Assembly: GCA_963706575.1 (NCBI GenBank)
Contig: CAVPNL010000014.1
Coordinates: 101,838-165,837, forward strand
Origin: an uncultured delta proteobacterium
GTDB lineage: Bacteria; Desulfobacterota; Desulfobacteria; Desulfobacterales; JAHEIW01
Length of the DNA stretch: 64,000 nt
Direction of reading: 5' to 3'
The position numbers and the translations under genes are program-made. The notes under the pieces are model-generated. The model did not search any database. It saw nothing but the letters and a program-made list of their open reading frames with translations, and had not been told where the DNA came from. Shown piece by piece: positions 57,098 through 64,000 of the stretch (position 1 is its first letter; each line of letters starts with the position of its first letter).

Positions 57098-58639
57098 TCA
57101 CCGCGTGCGTGCCGGCGGCAAGGCGCAAGTGGTATGCAGTTTGGGTGTAAATCGTTCAGGACCATATATGATGGGCCTGTTGATGGATTTGGCAATGGCT
57201 TTGAGCATGCCGAAAAAAATCCACTGATGGAAGGGATAAAGCCCGTACCAGTACAGCATGCCGAATATGCCTTTGGGTAAAAACCGCGAGAGCATCTGCA
57301 ATTCCACCTGAGCGCTGCCAATGGGGGTGATTTGAAATTCGAGCAATGCATCTCCCGGTGTTTTCATTTCCGCCACCAGCAGCAAACGCCGGGGTGCCTC
57401 GACTTCCAAAACCCGCCAGAAATCCAAAGCGTCACCGACGCCAATCTCAGAAGGATGACGGCGTCCCCGCCGCAGCCCGACACCGCCCACCAGCCGGTCT
57501 ATGATGCCCCGCAAGCGCCACAGAAAGTTGCCGAAGTACCAGCCGGTTTTACCGCCGATGCGACAGACGGATTGCCAGACATCTGCGGCGGTTGCCTGCA
57601 GTTTTACGCGATAACCGCAGCTCATGATGGTTCCGCCGGCCCAATCGGCGTCGCCGCAGTGGGCCCATTCAGGTTCCAGCAAATTGCCGGCATCCATCCA
57701 GCAGGTATCCACCTGCTCTTGCTGGATGCGATCCAGCGCCAACCGGATCGCTTCACGGCAGGTCAGCAATTTCTGCGGAATAATCGACTGAATCCGATTT
57801 TCGGTGCAGACCGCATCGCTGGTCAATCCTTCCGTCAACGGCAGCGCTATTGATTTGGGAACCGGGCTGATCAGATGGATCCACAGGGCACTTAGGGTGG
57901 GAGTGAGAACCGGTACCGGTATGATCAACCGCTTGGCAAGATGCGCCTCCTCGGCATAGATATCCAACAAATCACGATAGGTCAGAATGTCCGGACCGCC
58001 GATATCGTAGGTTTGACCAACGGTTTGGTCATGTTCAAGGCAGCCGATCAGATAGGTGATGACATTGCGGATGGCGATCGGCTGATTTAATGACCGCACC
58101 CAACGGGGCGTGGTCATGATCGGCAGACGTTCAACCAGGTAACGCAGAATTTCAAAAGAGGCACTGCCCGATCCCAGGATCATGGGCGTCCGTAGATCCG
58201 TTGTGGGGACCGCACCGGACTGCAAAATCTCGGCCACCTCGATGCGCGATTGCAGGTGTTTGCTCAAGGATGCCTGCTTGGCCTCCGCCAATCCGCCCAG
58301 GTATATCATTCTTTCCAGCCCTGTGGCGGCGGCGGCTTCCACCATGTGGCGCGCGGCCCGCCGGTCGGCCTCAACGAACTTTTTTTTCTGGGCAATCATG
58401 GAGTGGACCAGGTAATAGGCGGCCCAGCATCCAGCGGCTGCTTTTTTAAGGGATTCAAGGTCAAGAACATCCCCCTGGACCAACTCCACCTGATCATGAT
58501 GGGCCCAGGGGCGGCAGGCCACTTTTGCCAGGGTACGGCCCATGGCCCGCACCCGATACCCTGCATCGAGCAAGGCCGGAATGAGCCGGCCGCCGACATA
58601 GCCGGTGGCACCGGTGACGAGTATTGGTTTTGAATGCAT
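57098..58639 (-). CDS. Atypical SDR/NAD-binding protein with DUF2867 (YbjT-like)
   Basis: LVTGATGYVGGRL, YYLVHS, LSKHLQSR.EV, GSGSASFE, IGG..GWY, GDALDFWRV, FLPKG..G..YW. Confidence 0.9.
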   Translation of the reverse strand: MHSKPILVTGATGYVGGRLIPALLDAGYRVRAMGRTLAKVACRPWAHHDQVELVQGDVLDLESLKKAAAGCWAAYYLVHSMIAQKKKFVEADRRAARHMVEAAAATGLERMIYLGGLAEAKQASLSKHLQSRIEVAEILQSGAVPTTDLRTPMILGSGSASFEILRYLVERLPIMTTPRWVRSLNQPIAIRNVITYLIGCLEHDQTVGQTYDIGGPDILTYRDLLDIYAEEAHLAKRLIIPVPVLTPTLSALWIHLISPVPKSIALPLTEGLTSDAVCTENRIQSIIPQKLLTCREAIRLALDRIQQEQVDTCWMDAGNLLEPEWAHCGDADWAGGTIMSCGYRVKLQATAADVWQSVCRIGGKTGWYFGNFLWRLRGIIDRLVGGVGLRRGRRHPSEIGVGDALDFWRVLEVEAPRRLLLVAEMKTPGDALLEFQITPIGSAQVELQMLSRFLPKGIFGMLYWYGLYPFHQWIFFGMLKAIAKSINRPIIYGPERFTPKLHTTCALPPARTR

Positions 58640-58765
58640 AACAATCCTTTTGAAATTGGATTTTAGAATTTGTTTCGTATTTCGGCCAATTTTATAAGAT
58701 CAGGCGTGCTTTGAATTTTATCTCTGATTGCACCTGGATCAGCTTTCAAAGACTTTAATCTTTTC

Positions 58766-59716
58766 CTATACGTGAGTTCTCAATTTGAGCTCCACCGGAT
58801 GCGGGTTCAGGTAAGTCTGCATCTTGAGATACGGTTGATCATATTTGCGCACATAATGATTAATCAAGGTAAGCGGAACGATCAGGGGTGCAAACCCCTG
58901 TCGGTACAGCGCGGACACCTCCAGCAGCTCCTGTTTCTCATCTCCGGTTAACTGCTTCTTAAAATAGCCCAGCAGGTGCTGCAACACATTGATATTCTTT
59001 TTTACGGTGGTTTTGAGTTCCAGGGCTTGCATTAGAAGATGCTCATATTGGCTGTAAAGCTCTTTAATGGGCATTTTCTTGCCGCCGGCAACGGTCTTTC
59101 CCATCAGCCGGTAGTGTTTCTGGCTGTGGGACAAAATTAAAAGTTTATTGCATGTATGGAAATTCACAAGGTTTCCCATACTACGCTTTTTTTTGATGCT
59201 ATCCCGCCAGCGTTTCAAGGTAAAAATGCGCTCGATAAAATTTTCTCGAATCTCCGGATTGTGGAGTCGACCGTCATCCTCGACCGGTATGCGCTGAAAA
59301 TGGTCCATATACGCCCGGGCAAACATGCCTACCCCTTTCTTTTCCGGCATTCCCTTTTCGCTGTATACTTTCACCCGTATCATGCCGCTGGAAGGAGAAT
59401 CGCACTTGAAAATAAAGCCACACAGATCTTCTTTTTCGAGTTCTTTTACGCGCTCTTTGGCCCAGCGGGTCATTTGATCGGTGTGATCCGTTTTACTCTT
59501 GAAAGTAATCAGACGGGGGTTTTCAGGATCACCGACCAGACGCATTGATTCCCTGGGAATCCCAAAACCAGCTTCGACTTCGGGGCACACGGGAACGTAT
59601 TCAACAAACTGGCCCAAGGTATCTGTCAAGTATCGATCGCGCTGATGACCGGCATTCCAACGCACATTATTTCCGAGCAGACAGCTGCTGATCCCAAGTC
59701 TTATTTTTTCTTGCAT
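58766..59716 (-). CDS. YbgA family protein (DUF523 + DUF1722)
   Basis: GISSCLLG..VRWNAGH, VCPEVE.G, SPSSG, EDDGRL, FH..NKL..LSHS, YL..QTYLNP.P.EL.LR. Confidence 0.9.
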   Translation of the reverse strand: MQEKIRLGISSCLLGNNVRWNAGHQRDRYLTDTLGQFVEYVPVCPEVEAGFGIPRESMRLVGDPENPRLITFKSKTDHTDQMTRWAKERVKELEKEDLCGFIFKCDSPSSGMIRVKVYSEKGMPEKKGVGMFARAYMDHFQRIPVEDDGRLHNPEIRENFIERIFTLKRWRDSIKKKRSMGNLVNFHTCNKLLILSHSQKHYRLMGKTVAGGKKMPIKELYSQYEHLLMQALELKTTVKKNINVLQHLLGYFKKQLTGDEKQELLEVSALYRQGFAPLIVPLTLINHYVRKYDQPYLKMQTYLNPHPVELKLRTHV

Positions 59717-59870
59717 GCCAAATCTCCTCTCGAGCTGGATGTTCGTTGAACAACAGATAGAAATCGCCGCGTCATTCAGTCGCATCTTTGGTGAAATGTC
59801 ATTTTTTTATAGTCGTATTTATGCTAATTATCAAAACTGACACAAACCACAGAAGGGGTAACAGATAAAT

Positions 59871-60296
59871 ATGTTGGACCAAATGAAAGCCCTGGCCAGA
59901 GAAAAAAACACGTGCGTGCTGGCGACGGATGCCGGCGGAAAACCGTATTGTTCCCTGATGGCTTACGTGACCGACGCATCCTGTCAAGAAATTTACATGG
60001 TGACGCACAGAAACACGCAAAAATACAAAAATCTGATGAAAAATCCTGCGGTCAGTCTGCTGATCGACTCTCGTGAAAAAACACCTCGCAACCGTGTTCA
60101 GGCACTTACGGTGGAAGGATCTTTCCATAAAATCGAGGACGACGCTAAACGAACCCAGATCAGAAGAATGTTGATCAAAACGCATCCGCATCTATCCGAT
60201 TTTATCGATCATGCCGAAGCGGAAATTTTTTGCATTAAAGTCGGTTCGTTCCTGTTACTCAACGGTCTCAGCGAGGCGCATTTTCAGGCGATGTAA
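59871..60296 (+). CDS. Pyridoxamine 5'-phosphate oxidase-like (split-barrel flavin-binding) protein
   Basis: CVLAT…PYCSLMAY…TQKYKNLMKNPAVSLLIDSR. Confidence 0.85.
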   Translation: MLDQMKALAREKNTCVLATDAGGKPYCSLMAYVTDASCQEIYMVTHRNTQKYKNLMKNPAVSLLIDSREKTPRNRVQALTVEGSFHKIEDDAKRTQIRRMLIKTHPHLSDFIDHAEAEIFCIKVGSFLLLNGLSEAHFQAM

Positions 60297-60405
60297 ACCT
60301 GTATTTTAGATAAAAAATTTCTTCAGTCCGTGCGCATTTCGAATCGGATCACCATCCTCCGGCGGCGGACCATCGGGCAAAAGATGGTTATTTTAAAGAC
60401 AGTTT

Positions 60406-62604
60406 TTAGATTTCCCCCGTTCCAATGGTAACGATCCCCAAATAGCCATCCACGGTGATTTTATCTCCGGTTTCAATCAGGGCAGTGGCCTCCGGAATAC
60501 CGGTGACGCACGGCAGCCCGTATTCCCGAGCGATGATGGCCCCATGGATCAGCATGCCGCCCCTGCGCTCCACCACGGCTGAAGCCAGGGGCACCACAAA
60601 CGTCATGTTGGGGTCCACCGCATCGCAGACCAGCACTTCTCCATGTTTGAAATCCGCCAGATCGGCATGTTGCCGAATCAGCCGCGCTCTGCCGTTCGCT
60701 ATACCGGGACCCCCCGGCTGGCCGATCAACTGCCTGGGCTTAATATCAAATGTGGCCCCGGCCTTCATGCGGTAGGGGTTGAGGGTCTCTGCCGAATGAT
60801 CCAGATCGGCTAAGACCGCTTCTAATTCGTTGGCTGTCGAAGCGTCAGGCCCCTTGGATTGCGCGTTTTCAATTCGCTGTCGGGCTTCTCGAATCGCTGC
60901 CAGTAATTGGGCCTCGATTCTGCCCAGGTAAATATTGTCATCATCTCTTAATTGATAGCTGGTGCGGCCCAAATCGAGATACTCGACGGCCTGGGTTCGT
61001 TGATCGCCCGCAAAGCAAGCTAAAAATTTTTCTTTAAGGATTTCCACGTTCGCGGATTTTTGCCGGCCACCTGGGGCGGGAGGATGATTTGCCATTTCAA
61101 GTAAAATTTTGATCAACGGTTCCGAATCCTGAACACACTGGCTCCCACCGGTCACGGCGCAGGAAAGGTCACCAAATTGGCGGATAAAGGTTTCAACTCG
61201 GGTTTGAAAATCAGGGTCGGCCTCGGCATAAAGGCCATTTTGTAATTGCGCTGCCAGCCGGTGATTGTTGCGAATCTGATCAGCCAGATCCTCCAGCATT
61301 CGGTTGCGCTCCAGACTGGCCATTTCCGTTTGGGTCAGCAGGTCGACAAACTCGTAAGGGTCTTCGGGCTGGATGGCATCATTGTATACCTGACCAAATA
61401 ATCGCACACCATGGGCAAACGGGATAAAATCATCCCAATAAACATTGACCCAATGGTGATTGATTTCCCAGCGACGTTTGATTTCTTCTGCCAGGGATCG
61501 ATCGGATAACAGGGATAAGTCGATGGCCGCCAGTTCTTCTGCGGCAGCGATCATACCCGGAATCAGCTCCTGCTCGATTTTTTTTCGCAGCGATTTCAGA
61601 TTCTCAAAACTGCGGTGCAGACTCAAATACCAGCCGCGGTTGTCTTCGGTTTTACCGGTGGAAAGGGTTGTGATGGGTCGTGACTGCAGGACAACCAAAG
61701 ACTGGTCCTTGTATGTCCATTCGACGTCCTGGGGTGCGCCGAAGAAATCTTCCGCCCGGCGCGCCTGACTGAATACTTCCCGGGTTTCTTGTGCGTTCAG
61801 CGGAGGCATCTGGGACATGCTTTCGGGCAACGGGTTCAACTGAACCCCTTGTTCAATCGGAACCATCCAATAGCGGCGGGTCGCCGGTGTGTGGGAAATT
61901 ATCCGATGGGTTTTTCTATCCAGTATCCAGCGATCCGGCTCAACCGTGCCGTCGACCAGCCCCTGATTTAAACCGTAAACGGATTCGATAACACCCTGGG
62001 AGGCATCATTCGGGTTTTGGGTAAATACCACACCGGACCGATCGCCGGGCACAATCGCCTGGATCACCACGGCCATCGTACTTTTTTCAACACTCAAACC
62101 GATTTCCTGGCGATACAGTAAGGCCGCGTCCGACCACAGGGAGGCCCACACTTTGAGGATATGTTCCAGGATCGCATCGATTCCGCTGATGTTAATATAG
62201 GACTCGTGTAACCCGGCAAAAGAAGCTTTGGCGGTGTCTTCCTCCGGGGCGGATGACCGCACAGCCACCGGTTTATCTTTGAAGCGGGACTGAATAACAG
62301 CGTTCAAGCGTTTTGCGATGTTATCCGGGATCTGCTTCCGCAGAAACATGTTGCGGATTCGGGTCGCGCAATCCCAGATCTCCTCCCATCGCATCTCCTT
62401 AAAATCTTTGCGATGCAGTTCAAGCTGGATCCGCTCCCGCAGTCCCGTGCGATCGACGTATTCCTGATAGGCATCGCTGGATATGCATACGGTCTCCGGA
62501 ATCTGAAAGCCGTTCTTGGCCAATAACGCCAGGGCATATCCTTTTCCGCCGACTCGCGGCCGATCTTCATGCTGAATATCTTCTGCGGATATAACCCACT
62601 TCAT
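60406..62604 (-). CDS. PEP-utilising enzyme (PPDK/PEP-synthase ATP-grasp, central domain, C-terminal His-swivel; rifampin-phosphotransferase-like layout)
   Basis: VGGKG, VAVRSSAPEED..ASFAG, PQDVEW, LQSRPIT, GGMLIHGAIIAREYGLP; ATGA overlap with the upstream gene. Confidence 0.88.
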   Translation of the reverse strand: MKWVISAEDIQHEDRPRVGGKGYALALLAKNGFQIPETVCISSDAYQEYVDRTGLRERIQLELHRKDFKEMRWEEIWDCATRIRNMFLRKQIPDNIAKRLNAVIQSRFKDKPVAVRSSAPEEDTAKASFAGLHESYINISGIDAILEHILKVWASLWSDAALLYRQEIGLSVEKSTMAVVIQAIVPGDRSGVVFTQNPNDASQGVIESVYGLNQGLVDGTVEPDRWILDRKTHRIISHTPATRRYWMVPIEQGVQLNPLPESMSQMPPLNAQETREVFSQARRAEDFFGAPQDVEWTYKDQSLVVLQSRPITTLSTGKTEDNRGWYLSLHRSFENLKSLRKKIEQELIPGMIAAAEELAAIDLSLLSDRSLAEEIKRRWEINHHWVNVYWDDFIPFAHGVRLFGQVYNDAIQPEDPYEFVDLLTQTEMASLERNRMLEDLADQIRNNHRLAAQLQNGLYAEADPDFQTRVETFIRQFGDLSCAVTGGSQCVQDSEPLIKILLEMANHPPAPGGRQKSANVEILKEKFLACFAGDQRTQAVEYLDLGRTSYQLRDDDNIYLGRIEAQLLAAIREARQRIENAQSKGPDASTANELEAVLADLDHSAETLNPYRMKAGATFDIKPRQLIGQPGGPGIANGRARLIRQHADLADFKHGEVLVCDAVDPNMTFVVPLASAVVERRGGMLIHGAIIAREYGLPCVTGIPEATALIETGDKITVDGYLGIVTIGTGEI

Positions 62605-63053
62605 TGGTTTAGGTGCAATTCCATGACGTTTTGAAAGTTTTGAACCATAAAGTAGGATTTTGCCGACACCCTGACCAATGCGCAAGACGGTGAACGAACA
62701 AAATCTTCAAGGTGCGGATGTTTTTTCAGATACCGTTCCAGGATCGGCTGCCGTTCCGAGCCGACGACTTCGGTTGCATTGCCGACTACCGTGACGGAAA
62801 CGGCCCGATGGAAATCAACGGTCTGATTGGTACTGCTGTTGACGAGAAGCGCTACCCTGGAGTCGGCTTTTAGATTTTCAAATTTGCGGGTCGTTTTGGG
62901 TGTTACGAAGAAAAGATGCCTCAAATCCTCGGTGGCATAAAATGCAACCAGGCTGGCATACGGCTGTCCTGAACGATGGGTCGCCAGGACTCCGAGATTC
63001 TGAGATTCAAACAGTTTCCTGAGTCGTTGGTGTATGGCTTGCGTTTTATCCAT
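62601..63053 (-). CDS. Pyridoxamine 5'-phosphate oxidase-like protein
   Basis: LGVLAT…PYASLVAF…TRKFENLKADSRVALL. Confidence 0.88.
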   Translation of the reverse strand: MDKTQAIHQRLRKLFESQNLGVLATHRSGQPYASLVAFYATEDLRHLFFVTPKTTRKFENLKADSRVALLVNSSTNQTVDFHRAVSVTVVGNATEVVGSERQPILERYLKKHPHLEDFVRSPSCALVRVSAKSYFMVQNFQNVMELHLNQ

Positions 63054-63258
63054 AAAAACCGCTTATACTGACTCAACGATGATTATTGGCAGCGCTGCAT
63101 TTTTAAAACAGACCACAGTCGACCTGTGGAAAAAAGCCAGGTCACTGAAAGAAGCCGTGAGGTATTGCTCGCGAATCAAAGAGAGCACCCGGGGCGGACT
63201 GTCAAAGGCATTGGACGTCCGCCCAGACCTATCAGAGACGGTTTAAAATGCACTGCGG

Positions 63259-63635
63259 TTACGATCCATCCCCGATGAGCGGCAATTCCTGATCCACCTT
63301 AAAAAATACCAGGAAATTTGGCTTCCTCTTTTTTTATCAGGGTACTGCCTGCGGCGCAAGGACTTAAGCAGATCGGTGTCCTTTTCCTCCCGAATCTTCG
63401 TCAGGAAAAGTCGCTTGCCTTTGTAACCAGGTCCGTCTTCATGGAACAAATAAGCTGCATGGGAGTTGGTTTGAAGGTTAGTATGGGTTAGACGATCGCG
63501 CATAATCATAGCGATGGTACCATCTTCCATGAAGTGCGGTCTGGCATATACGGCGGCATCCACTTTGCCATCATCATCGGCGGTGGCCAATATTCCGACA
63601 CCTTTGTATTTTCAAAGTATTCCTTGAAGGTCCAT
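63259..63635 (-). CDS. Pyridoxamine 5'-phosphate oxidase-like protein with several single-base indels
   Basis: GGAGG RBS and ATG at 63635. Reconstructed as MDLKEYFENTKGVGILATAD…YARPH…RLTHTNLQ…GYKGKRLFL…FLVFFKVDQELPLIG. Confidence 0.7.
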
Positions 63636-63930
63636 GGGATCCTCCTATTGTCCATAGTGTTTTATTGAAATGGGCAAGGCAGGAACCGATCGATCTCTTC
63701 CTTGCTGTTTATGAAGCTCCAGATTCGACCTGTATTGCACGCTTCTACTTTTATCCCTGAACGTCAATTCCCAGATCACAGCCCAGATGGGGATCTTTAT
63801 CTTCACATTCGAAATTTTGCTCACGGGTATCAACATGTCCTTCTTCTCTTTCTTGATCTGATTCAACGTAATCTTGTATTGTGTTCATAATTGGCCTCCT
63901 ATAGTTTTTTTTAAGTGTTTCATGATTAAT

Positions 63931-63999
63931 ACTATATGCACACCCAAAAAATGTGCAACCAGAGAGAATTAGGCGTTTTATGATAGGAAAAACCTATTA
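63931..63999 (-). promoter_or_regulatory. Conserved operator-promoter, copy 3 (reads leftward toward the PNPOx/PEP-utiliser genes)
   Basis: Minus strand: TAATAGGTTTTTCCTATCATAAAAC…AATTCTCTC…TTGCAC (41 bp after the motif start)…TGTGCATATAGT. Confidence 0.75.
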
Positions 64000-64000
64000 T

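Noticed and set aside
63111..63224. Hairpins between the PNPOx-like genes as a structured RNA
   Set aside because: Short GC stems only, with no family signature or second copy.
63645..63888. Small gene after operator copy 3 (GGAGG plus ATG at 63888)
   Set aside because: The frame closes after about 45 codons in an indel-prone stretch, so product and boundaries cannot be supported.

Overview
Bacterial chromosomal window. Gene content and style suggest an anaerobic Desulfobacterota (Desulfobacterales-like) organism; this is inference, as no rRNA is present. (1) 1-8.1 kb: an operon of FdhA/NuoG-like subunit lacking the Mo/W ligand, NuoE-like, NuoF-GltD fusion, metV and metF. (2) 8.3-12 kb: NitT/TauT-type ABC importer followed by menA. 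(3) 12-16.6 kb: Fe3+/polyamine-class ABC importer whose binding protein has a C-terminal membrane anchor. (4) 17-21.3 kb: zraP/zraSR-like locus with two divergent sigma54 promoters. (5) 21.5-28.3 kb: housekeeping genes (thioredoxin, lolA, yebC, rlmE, radA, mltB) and tRNA-Glu(CTC). (6) 28.4-39.5 kb: APC permease and a receiver-rich signalling cluster around a TauE exporter. (7) 39.5-64 kb: accessory region of photo-oxidative-stress and lipid-modification genes (desaturase, FAD oxidoreductase, DUF1365, cfa, DUF1295, lipocalin, uvsE, YbgA, DUF2867, sulfite-oxidase family, PNPOx-like proteins, PEP-utilising enzyme), several of them decayed. The strongest unannotated signal is a palindromic operator, TAATAG(G/T)T(A/T)TTTCCTATCA, found three times (40234, 50973, 63999 minus strand). 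Each copy starts exactly 41 bp before a TTG -35-like element, which suggests a regulon run by the local PAS(Cys-His)-LuxR protein. Intergenic spaces hold two MITE-like elements, two REP-like palindromes and several short-period inverted tandem repeat families. Several single-base frameshifts after 42 kb may be sequencing errors.
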